IMG/VR virus record: IMGVR_UViG_3300035670_013228
Coordinates: 96,001-160,000 of that record
DNA length: 64,000 bases
Source: a virus
Strand: one strand, 5' to 3'
Below, piece by piece: positions 50,179 to 58,501 of the stretch (the stretch's first letter is position 1; each line of letters begins with the position of its first letter). The notes beneath the pieces were generated by a model, which was not told where the DNA came from, did not search any database, and saw only the letters and a list, made by a program, of their open reading frames with translations. Position numbers and translations under genes: made by a program.

Positions 50179-50728
50179 TCTTTAACCTCTCATAAAGAGA
50201 TATATCATCGGCAAAATAAGCTTGAACTCTAACTAATTCTTCGGGGGTTAATGTTGGCTTGTTCTGTTCGCCATTTAATTCTGGTAGGGGCAAATCTAGA
50301 CCAAGATAAGCGGCGCAATCATTTAGTTGAGTTTCAAAAAGAAAATATTTAGCCAAAGGAGCATCTAGTAGCCCCATGCTTTTTAGTGTCCAAACATGAA
50401 CATTATCCATATGACTATCCAAAACTTCTGTGGGACTTTTCATTAATCTAGCACATGAACTAGCGAATCTTTCCACAGGATTTCGTACCATCACAGCAAA
50501 TTCTTTGGTTAAAAACTCTTTTGGTTCGTGACTCATATCAATAATGTTGGGCAGATTCATTACTGGATGCCATCTATCCTCTGTATTTACAAACGGCCAA
50601 TTACCGCCGTCTTGAGGCAATTCTGGATAGTATTTGCTTAGTATGCTTTTGAATAGAGCATGACTACCACTTCGTGTTACCAGAGCCACACCCACATTAC
50701 CATTGTGCCATAAAACGCCTTTGCTCAT
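50171..50728 (-). CDS. Sulfotransferase-like protein
   Basis: VALVTRSGSHAL and FAVMVRNPVERFASS resemble the PAPS-binding loops. Confidence 0.65.
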   Translation of the reverse strand: MSKGVLWHNGNVGVALVTRSGSHALFKSILSKYYPELPQDGGNWPFVNTEDRWHPVMNLPNIIDMSHEPKEFLTKEFAVMVRNPVERFASSCARLMKSPTEVLDSHMDNVHVWTLKSMGLLDAPLAKYFLFETQLNDCAAYLGLDLPLPELNGEQNKPTLTPEELVRVQAYFADDISLYERLKNE

Positions 50729-50745
50729 AATATTCTCCTTTTTAG

Positions 50746-52413
50746 TTAACTATTTAAAATGTATGATAATTGTTCTGTTGGTACTGTTACGCTTGTTAAT
50801 CCGGGTTTGTTGTTAATAATAAATTCATCTATATATCCAGAATAGTAGTTTAGGTTTTGAAATCTCCAAAATATAGGATAATTATATGATAATAAAGTAC
50901 CATAAGCTTCATTAGCTCCATATCGAGGAGTAATACCAATAACCATTGTGCTATTCTCTGCGGCAAGATTGCTAGATGATGATCCTGTTGCTACTTGATT
51001 TCCATTTAAGAAAAGTCTAAGAGTATTATTATTTCTAGATACATGTATATGATGCCAAGTATTAGCACTTACCAAGTTGTTAGCGCTTCGTATAGTAGTA
51101 TTACCTATAGTAAATGCTACTGATCCATTGTTGGGATTTTGAAATCCGCTCTTAGTACTATATGTTCCACCACCAACTCTAAGATATGAAGAATAAGCAG
51201 TAGTAACAAAATTAGGATTGATTTGCGCAAAATCATTGATAAAAAATATAGGACATTCGCTAACAACTGAAGGTTTGATCCAAACGCTAATGTTAAAATC
51301 ACCAGTAATAGATTTAGGATCCATTAGTATTTGTTGATATGAATTGTTTAAATATAATGATGAAGATCCAAACTTTTTATCATTAGAAACTACTGTCGTG
51401 TTGCTGAATATATATTCGTTTCGTTCTGTTAAATCTTTTTGTCCTCCTCCAACAGTATCTAAAACTTCATTTTCAAAATTATTATAGAATAGTATGCTTG
51501 GCGTTGGTTCACTTGCAAATTCTGTGTCTGGTGGCGTAAAATTAGAAGTATATTTTGCAATATTATTTGTAAACATTACTTCATCGCCAAAAAAAGTATT
51601 ACTACCCGTTACACCCGTAAATAGAGATACATTGCTATAATTTATATTAGATGTTTTTAAATATCCTCTTTGCGTATTTCTGCCATCTTCAGACCAATTA
51701 AGTAAGTTCCTTACGGGGTAATTACTACTTGAAGTATCAATAGAAGTATTAGGAACAAAGTTTAAAATATTAACACCATCTAAAAATACTCTATAAGTAT
51801 TATTTTGTTTTACTAATGCGATATGTTGCCAAACATTAGTGTTTAATGCAGAAGATGATTCTGAACTTATATTTGAGGTTATATTCAGACTGCTGCCAGG
51901 ACTGCTAATACTTCTATTAATTCTTAATTTACCATTGCTTCCAAAGTATAAAGCAATATAATTTCCACTACCAAAATCACTATCGGCTATAACAAAAATA
52001 TTTCCAGTACCACCAAGCGCTGTCAGATATATCCAGCCTTCGATTGTAAAGTTGTTATCTCCTATGTTAATAGGTTCACCACGCATAAATATACCATCAT
52101 TGTTTCTATAACTAGAAACATTATTATTACTATAACACGAAGATCCAAACTTAGATCTAGTATTTACAACTGATCCGTCCCCCGTGGTTCCTGTCTTTGT
52201 ACTGAATCTTGATGTTGCAAACCAACGTCTTTTATTAACACTATTATAGTATGTTCTTGATCCATTACTTTCTTCAAACTTTAATAAAAATTCAACAACA
52301 GGATCTCCTTCAACAATATCTTGTAATGAACCGGGATATTGACCTTGTATAATAGCATCATTAATAGCATTTAACGAATAAATACCATTAGCACCTTTTT
52401 TTGAACTATTCAT
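50746..52413 (-). CDS. Tandem LamG/concanavalin A-like lectin-domain protein (putative fibre/adhesin)
   Basis: Two copies of SKFGSS...FTIEGW/FNISVWIK...WQHIALV/WHHIHVS...L.VFLDG/LFLNG...DE. Confidence 0.85.
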   Translation of the reverse strand: MNSSKKGANGIYSLNAINDAIIQGQYPGSLQDIVEGDPVVEFLLKFEESNGSRTYYNSVNKRRWFATSRFSTKTGTTGDGSVVNTRSKFGSSCYSNNNVSSYRNNDGIFMRGEPINIGDNNFTIEGWIYLTALGGTGNIFVIADSDFGSGNYIALYFGSNGKLRINRSISSPGSSLNITSNISSESSSALNTNVWQHIALVKQNNTYRVFLDGVNILNFVPNTSIDTSSSNYPVRNLLNWSEDGRNTQRGYLKTSNINYSNVSLFTGVTGSNTFFGDEVMFTNNIAKYTSNFTPPDTEFASEPTPSILFYNNFENEVLDTVGGGQKDLTERNEYIFSNTTVVSNDKKFGSSSLYLNNSYQQILMDPKSITGDFNISVWIKPSVVSECPIFFINDFAQINPNFVTTAYSSYLRVGGGTYSTKSGFQNPNNGSVAFTIGNTTIRSANNLVSANTWHHIHVSRNNNTLRLFLNGNQVATGSSSSNLAAENSTMVIGITPRYGANEAYGTLLSYNYPIFWRFQNLNYYSGYIDEFIINNKPGLTSVTVPTEQLSYILNS

Positions 52414-52772
52414 TAACTAATCCTTTCATAACTAACAAAACCACTCAAATCACCACTAACACTGGCGGTTAGTCGTAAACTCTGATTTTCAGTAATATAG
52501 ATGGGAGTTTCAACAGTCACAATATTAACAGTACCACCAGCACCAACATTTAATCCTTTGGTAAGATAACTCAAAACCTCTGATCCGCTGTATACATCAG
52601 CAGTTACTGATGCTGTATTTGTTCCATCAATATTACTTACATAAAGACTATTTATTTTTAAAACTTGATTACTTGAACAAGTTACTATACCACTAGCAGT
52701 AGTAGGAATATCAGCTATACTAGCATTTTCGCCCAATACCGTTGTTAAACTTTTAAGATTTACGTTAGCCAT
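52413..52772 (-). CDS. Putative virion structural protein
   Basis: MANVNLKSLTTVLG...VLKINSLYVSNIDGT...SYERIS pattern of aquatic-phage structural proteins. Confidence 0.6.
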   Translation of the reverse strand: MANVNLKSLTTVLGENASIADIPTTASGIVTCSSNQVLKINSLYVSNIDGTNTASVTADVYSGSEVLSYLTKGLNVGAGGTVNIVTVETPIYITENQSLRLTASVSGDLSGFVSYERIS

Positions 52773-52785
52773 ACTTTTCTCCTTT

Positions 52786-53880
52786 TTATAATAGATCGTA
52801 TTCTAAATCGTATATGTCATTATTAATACTATCAATGTAGGTCAAATCTAAAATTTTGTAAACATAACTAAATGTTGCTGGCGGTAATGTTGTTGTTGTT
52901 GTTGTTGTTGGTTCTGGAGTTGTGGTGGTAGTTGTTGGCGCTGGCGTGGTTGTGGTCGAAACTACCGTTGCTGATTCTTGAGCTATTTGATTTGCTATAT
53001 TAGATATTGTTGTGGTTTTGTTTTCTGTTACACTTCCAATATTTTCTAATATTTTTTTTGTAAAAACTATAGAAGAAAATGTATTACCTTTTGAGAATTC
53101 TTCTATATCTTTATTTATTATTGACGTTGTATTATTAGAAATAATATCAATTTCATTTGTTTGTTCTTGTGTTAATTGTTGATTGTTATTTAAGTTAAGA
53201 ACTTGTTTTTTAGACTCAACTAAGATAGTATTAGTTTTTTGATTAAAAAATTCTGTTGGATTTAATCTTATAGTATTATCTTCTATAATTGTTTTAGCAA
53301 TTGATGAAAAAACATTACTTTCGGTAGTTTCTAATGCTGTTTTTGCAATCAAAACAACAGAAGATAATTTTCTATTTGTTTCGTATGCATTATTTATTGT
53401 ATTAGAAAACGTAAATTCATCGTTTCCATTTGGATTAATATAATTTGTTAGATCAAATCCAAAAAGATTTTGAATACGATTAATAGGATTATTTTCTCCA
53501 AGTCTAACAATTTCATTATAAATAGTAGAAATAGCAGAAAATATAATTCTATTATTAATTTTGTTTGAATTATAAAGATATGTATATCTAAACTCTATGG
53601 GTTGATTTGTTTCTGTGTCTATTGATAAATTATTGCTATTAACTACAAAATAATCAGGACTTAATTGTATAATTTGATTAATTTCATTTTGTGATAAAAT
53701 CAAATTACTTCCACTAACGGTTTTACTAAATCCTATTGAATTATTATTTTTTACCATTCCAAATGTAAAATTAGAAATCGTGGATCCTTCAATCAAAATA
53801 GATGGAGTACTAGTCCTTCTAACTTTAGCAACTCCGTTTACCATTAATAATTTATTAGTATTAATTTTAAATGATGTCAT
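52786..53880 (-). CDS. Hypothetical protein with shared N-terminal tag and Thr/Pro-rich linker
   Basis: [19 protein letters not shown] N-terminus; [27 protein letters not shown] near the C-terminus. Confidence 0.75.
   Translation of the reverse strand: [364 protein letters not shown]
52888..52908. repeat. (TGT)7 trinucleotide tract encoding poly-Thr
   Basis: Read directly from the sequence. Confidence 0.9.
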
Positions 53881-53881
53881 A

Positions 53882-54080
53882 ATTTAAATCTTAGAGAGTT
53901 ACTCAACCTGTTATGCTGTATTATACACTACTACATTTGTATATTTTTTTAATTTTCATTGTACCGTTATTATTGAATATTTTATTAACTTTGACCTTAA
54001 ACTTTGCTAATATTTCTGATATAGTTGTAAACCATCAGTTACAATACAATTATGTGACATGATTTAAATCTTAGAGAGTT
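53882..54080. repeat. 19-nt exact direct repeat ATTTAAATCTTAGAGAGTT at 53882-53900 and 54062-54080
   Basis: Each copy lies just upstream of a minus-strand ATG (53880 and 54060). Confidence 0.9.
53921..54060 (-). pseudogene. Frameshifted small gene carrying the FKxxxNK...NG.xK.RK tag
   Basis: The ATG frame reads MSHNCIVTDGLQLYQKY*; the -1 frame reads ...LAKFKVKVNKIFNNNGTMKIKKIYKCSSV*. One extra base between about 54008 and 54034 would join them. Confidence 0.6.
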
Positions 54081-54274
54081 CCTGAGCCTATTGTATAGTA
54101 TGTTATATCATCAAATCGTTCATCATATTTATTTTCAATATCAGCAATAACTGGTTTATTATAAACGTTAGAATTTTGATATTGAAAACTATTTGTAAAA
54201 GGAGACGGGGCCACTACAAGAGTGCCATGTTTGATAGATGTGCCGCTTTTTGCTAAAGTTATATCGTTTGCCAT
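54071..54274 (-). CDS. Small hypothetical protein
   Basis: 67-aa ORF with AAAGGG RBS. Confidence 0.7.
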   Translation of the reverse strand: MANDITLAKSGTSIKHGTLVVAPSPFTNSFQYQNSNVYNKPVIADIENKYDERFDDITYYTIGSGTL

Positions 54275-54286
54275 ATTATACCCTTT

Positions 54287-55255
54287 CTAACAAGAATAAT
54301 TTGAAGCTACTGGACCGTTACCATTAGAATCTGCTGCTACACAAGTTGGATCTGTATCGCTTTGAGTAGCATAAACCCAGTATCCAGCATTAGTTCCGCC
54401 GCCTTTGTAATATGCCGCCTTGTGCCATTCATTTTCGGTGGGTAAATGATATTTAGCATCATTATTACTGGGTACAGCATTTCCAGTAGTTCTTCCGTCT
54501 GGAATAGTGTATGCTCCACTTTCGGTACTGCCATTGCCTTTTCCGTTATGTAGCCAGTTGCAATATCGGGCACAGTCAAACCAACTTACATAAGTTACTG
54601 GCTTGTTTCCCATGTTATTTTTAACACTATAAGTGTAACTACCACTAGAGCCGCTTCTAGTTATTCCGCCCCTAGCATGGATATTCATATCGGTATTGTA
54701 TAAATTGTAAGTGTCTATTGCTGCTACAGCATTTAAAAATTCAACATATTCACAGTTGGTAACAAGATATTGAGCTATAACATACTCATAATTCACACCG
54801 CCATACCCAGTGCTGTGATTAGAGTTGTTAATATCATTAACAAGGGCAAAGTGTGGTAGATTTAAAGGATTAAGGGTAACAAAACGACTTGATAGACGAA
54901 AACCGAGGCTGTCGTACTCGGCCGACGGGGCGAACGTGCTCCTGCTGGAGGACGACAAGTAGTACGCGATGTTGATCCAGGAGCCGCCCCGAAGCCCACG
55001 AGATGAACCTGTTGTATTATTTAAATCATTCCACTCATAAACTTGTCCACTTTGATCATATGTTCCATAAGCAGATGGTCCTCCATTAGAGCCAACCGTG
55101 GTAACATTACCGTCTTGGCCGTCCCAATCAGCACAAGAGTTAAAATTAGCACTATTAGGACCAGCACTAAAAGGCCCGGTAACATATGCTTGTTTTCTAA
55201 CTTTAGCTACTCCATTTTGATATTTTAATTTGTTAGTATTAATTTTGAATAACAT
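54287..55255 (-). CDS. Circularly permuted FGE/SUMF1 (C-type lectin fold) protein; candidate DGR target
   Basis: [17 protein letters not shown] block comes before [34 protein letters not shown]. Confidence 0.9.
   Translation of the reverse strand: [322 protein letters not shown]
54896..55000 (-). other. Candidate DGR variable region
   Basis: 67 of 105 nt are G/C and only 14 are A. Twenty-nine consecutive codons end in G or C. Covers RGLRGGSW...LGFR. Confidence 0.7.
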
Positions 55256-55575
55256 TATGTTCTTTCTATTCTCTCTTCTAATGCTTCTAGTGTTTTCCCT
55301 AATGTAACTAATTGAATTTTTAGTTCGTTCATAACTTCTGTGTTTCGTTGTAGTGCAGAAGCGAACGCTGCTTGACTTTCTTTATTAGCTGCTAATCTTT
55401 CCATAATAAATTGACGATCTTGAGAATACGGACTTTGAGTTTCTATCATATGTAAAACATCATTTTTTGTGGCCATATTTTTTCCTACAGTTACCCAAAA
55501 TCCTATAAGCGTTACCACTATTCCGAAACTTGTGGTTGCTACTACTTGCCAAAAATCGATAAGATTTTCATTCAT
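55255..55575 (-). CDS. Single-TM coiled-coil protein
   Basis: FWQVVATTSFGIVVTLIGFWVTV followed by a heptad-rich C-terminus. Confidence 0.7.
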   Translation of the reverse strand: MNENLIDFWQVVATTSFGIVVTLIGFWVTVGKNMATKNDVLHMIETQSPYSQDRQFIMERLAANKESQAAFASALQRNTEVMNELKIQLVTLGKTLEALEERIERT

Positions 55576-55593
55576 GATAAAATGTCTCCATAA

Positions 55594-55627
55594 GAAAAAA
55601 GCCAGAGATGCCTAAACACCTCTGGCT
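55594..55627 (-). terminator. Rho-independent terminator
   Basis: Minus strand reads AGCCAGAGGTG-tttagg-CATCTCTGGCT-TTTTTC. Confidence 0.8.
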
Positions 55628-55639
55628 CTCTATAAAAAT

Positions 55640-55646
55640 ATACACC
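55640..55646 (-). promoter_or_regulatory. GGTGTAT motif (candidate phage promoter)
   Basis: Intergenic, followed by ATTTTTATA. Confidence 0.5.
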
Positions 55647-55658
55647 TAACTTATATTA

Positions 55659-56234
55659 TCAAGTAGTTTTAGCAGGATAATCTACGGACACTGGTGAAGG
55701 TTGGCCGAGTTTATAGGTTAATTCGCCAGGGACACTTCGTGTAGGAGTTGCCGCTTCATCTGTTGAAGTAGACGAGGTTGTATCATTAGCAATATCCCAG
55801 AAAGCATCAACAGCAGTTGTTGGAGTTGTGCTCCATGTACCACTGTAAATATTCCAATAACCGGCTCTAATAGCAGTTGTTGTTCTTGTTGTTCTAACTT
55901 TTTCTTGACGATGAATACTACGTCTTGAACTTAGATCAGAAGCACCACTGCGTAAAAAAGTATTACTCTCAGAACCAGCAAGAGTTGTTGTGAACTTAAC
56001 TGCTACTGGTCTATTATTATTGTAGGCAAAAGTACCTCCGGAAAGAGCAGGATCAGCATAATCTGCCGTAGCATCCGAGACTACTGTTGATCCAAACACT
56101 GTTTGATTATTTGCACCTAGTGCTCTGTTTGCTAAAAGTGTAGCAGAAGCGCCTACGTTGATAGCGACGCCGCCATTGTTTACTGTGCTAGATGCTGTAA
56201 CAGCCGATGAACCATCTGTTTGTACTGTGGCCAT
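55659..56234 (-). CDS. Ala/Ser/Thr-rich putative virion protein
   Basis: 191-aa ORF with GGAG RBS and its own terminator, consistent with high expression. Confidence 0.7.
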   Translation of the reverse strand: MATVQTDGSSAVTASSTVNNGGVAINVGASATLLANRALGANNQTVFGSTVVSDATADYADPALSGGTFAYNNNRPVAVKFTTTLAGSESNTFLRSGASDLSSRRSIHRQEKVRTTRTTTAIRAGYWNIYSGTWSTTPTTAVDAFWDIANDTTSSTSTDEAATPTRSVPGELTYKLGQPSPVSVDYPAKTT

Positions 56235-56296
56235 AAATATTCTCCATAAATAAAGTGTATTATTACTTTAATTAGTATACCCCAAATTAGATTTTA

Positions 56297-56959
56297 TTAT
56301 GTTTTTTTCATTTTGTGAAAAATTTTTTCTAGAGTATGAATATTTGTGGTTTTATAGCTATTAATATTAGGATTTGACAATATTAAATTAATATGTTCAT
56401 CGGTCCATGCTTGTCCATTAACAATAACATTCATATTAGGATTTTTTTTAATAATCATCATAGCCACAAGGATATTGTCAGAAATATTATCTAATGAATA
56501 GCTACTAGATGGGTAAATATTAATAATATTTTTTGTATACAATATAGCTGCAATTTTTTGTAAAACATCCAGGGTATATAGTTTATATTCAAGAATATAT
56601 CTAATATCTATATTATTTGTAGAACATAACAACTTTATTTTATCTACTTCTAGTCTAAATCTATCATACTTTCGATTGCATAAAAAATAATTAGGACATA
56701 TAATTTCAATATTGTCTATTCCATCATCTATTGCTGTTCTGACGGCGTGTTCTCTAGATAAGGTATCAGAAAGACCAAACGGATAATCTATTATGGTACT
56801 AAGCCGTATGTATTGTGGTATTATTTTTTTAACATTTTTGACATATTGAGGTAATACAGAAATGATTGCTGGCATATACTTAATAGCTATATCAATATTT
56901 TCTTGGGTTTCTTTTTCATTACTATCTATATCATAGAAACCATATTCTAAATATTGCAT
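56297..56959 (-). CDS. Deoxyribose-phosphate aldolase-like TIM barrel lacking the catalytic lysines
   Basis: TIIDYPFGL...AIDDGIDNIEII...RYILE align with DeoC; KTSTG is replaced by YPSSS. Confidence 0.7.
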   Translation of the reverse strand: MQYLEYGFYDIDSNEKETQENIDIAIKYMPAIISVLPQYVKNVKKIIPQYIRLSTIIDYPFGLSDTLSREHAVRTAIDDGIDNIEIICPNYFLCNRKYDRFRLEVDKIKLLCSTNNIDIRYILEYKLYTLDVLQKIAAILYTKNIINIYPSSSYSLDNISDNILVAMMIIKKNPNMNVIVNGQAWTDEHINLILSNPNINSYKTTNIHTLEKIFHKMKKT

Positions 56960-56961
56960 AA

Positions 56962-57630
56962 TTATTTTTTTTTGTTTTTAAGAGTATCTATATTTGGAAA
57001 TCGTTTACTACCTAATACACCGTCAGCAAATCCATAACTCACAGCCTCATGGGAATCTAGTATCCAATCGCTTTTATTTGCTAATTGAGAAAGTATGTGT
57101 TTTTTAGCAATCATTTTATTCCAGTTTTTTTCTTTAGCTATTGGACTATTAGAGCATTTGTCTGCAAAAATATCTATCATTTTATTCGATTCTTTTTCGC
57201 TCCATTGTAAACTGCTCATTGCTGCTTTGTGATCGTGATCTAAGGTTAAAGACCCGTAATGAATTAATACATGAGTATTTGGCATTAAAATTCTATAGTG
57301 AGCCGCCTGAAAAATAATACTACTAGCTGATTCAACTTTAGCATAAGCTAGAATATATATCTTGGACTTTGAATATTTTATAGTATCATATATACCCAAA
57401 CCATCTTCCCATACTCCTCCTGGTAAATGCATATGAACAAGAATAGGTTCTGATCCAAGTATGTTTAGATATCTTACATTCTTTTCAAAGACTACTGCTG
57501 TTTTGTAGTCCACGCCGCCTTCTTCTTCAAAGTCCATATTAGAGTGGAGATATATCTCTCTTTGTTTAGTGTCTATACACATAGTATGTATATTATATAA
57601 ATCAGATTCGGAATTATTGATCATGCTCAT
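56962..57630 (-). CDS. ClpP-like serine protease
   Basis: HMHLPGG, GIYDTIK, VESASSIIFQA (Ser), VLIHYG (His), SDWILDSHEAVSYGFAD. Confidence 0.85.
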   Translation of the reverse strand: MSMINNSESDLYNIHTMCIDTKQREIYLHSNMDFEEEGGVDYKTAVVFEKNVRYLNILGSEPILVHMHLPGGVWEDGLGIYDTIKYSKSKIYILAYAKVESASSIIFQAAHYRILMPNTHVLIHYGSLTLDHDHKAAMSSLQWSEKESNKMIDIFADKCSNSPIAKEKNWNKMIAKKHILSQLANKSDWILDSHEAVSYGFADGVLGSKRFPNIDTLKNKKK

Positions 57631-57633
57631 AAT

Positions 57634-58074
57634 TTATATCTCTAAAAAAGATAATACTTCTTTACTAATTGAATTCATTACAGTTGGAGCATCAAAAAGT
57701 TTGCCTATTCCTATTCTAAATCTATATCTGGTAAAGACATCTAATGTTTCTACACCATCTGTCAATTCAATAATAGAAGCAACATGCGTTGTGATATTGA
57801 AATTTGTGTGTCCTATCCAAAAGTTAAAAATTTTATTAGATGAAGTATTTTCTGTATAAGGTATTATTCCCATAGGAGTTACAATAACCTTAGTTGGTCT
57901 TTCATAAAAATTGTGTTTTGTATTATTTTTATTATTAGGAATATTTTTTTCATAATCATCATTTTCATCATCATAAAATTCAGGTTCAAATATTTTTATA
58001 TCTTCTATGTCATCCTCTCCTAACGGATCAGACCATTTTTGCCACACTATATTAGGATTCGAATAGTTGCTCAT
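57634..58074 (-). CDS. Hypothetical protein
   Basis: ORF; no family recognised. Confidence 0.7.
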   Translation of the reverse strand: MSNYSNPNIVWQKWSDPLGEDDIEDIKIFEPEFYDDENDDYEKNIPNNKNNTKHNFYERPTKVIVTPMGIIPYTENTSSNKIFNFWIGHTNFNITTHVASIIELTDGVETLDVFTRYRFRIGIGKLFDAPTVMNSISKEVLSFLEI

Positions 58075-58108
58075 GTTTTATGATAAATACAATATAGATT
58101 AGAGCAAA

Positions 58109-58501
58109 TTATTGATAGTGCTTAAAAACTTCCGTTGGAGATACCATAGGCAAATAATTAGAAAGATCCTCTTTTTTCTGTAGTTTTTCTATATTAATAA
58201 GCTCTATTAAAACATTATGTACAAAAAGACTATCAAAAGGATTTTGTTTATTATGTTTTTTTAGAGTATTAATTGTTTCTTTTTCTAGGAATCCATTATT
58301 TAAAGCGTGTATAGCAATTGCGTAGAAATAAGCAACATCTTTAATTTTATCAGAATTTTCTTCATTGAAAATCGGCCATTCACATACTATATCTACTTTT
58401 CCATCATAGGATATTAAAAAATTTATAGCAGATATGTAGTCTTTCTTTTGGGGGGTCTGGTTCTTTTTATTCCAGAATATTTGTTTTATCAAATTAAGCA
58501 T
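58109..58501 (-). CDS. Hypothetical protein
   Basis: ORF overlapping the sigma gene stop. Confidence 0.65.
   Translation of the reverse strand: MLNLIKQIFWNKKNQTPQKKDYISAINFLISYDGKVDIVCEWPIFNEENSDKIKDVAYFYAIAIHALNNGFLEKETINTLKKHNKQNPFDSLFVHNVLIELINIEKLQKKEDLSNYLPMVSPTEVFKHYQ

Noticed and set aside
52888-52908. (TGT)7 / ACA-rich tract as a DGR template
   Set aside because: It is in-frame poly-Thr with no similarity to the candidate variable region.
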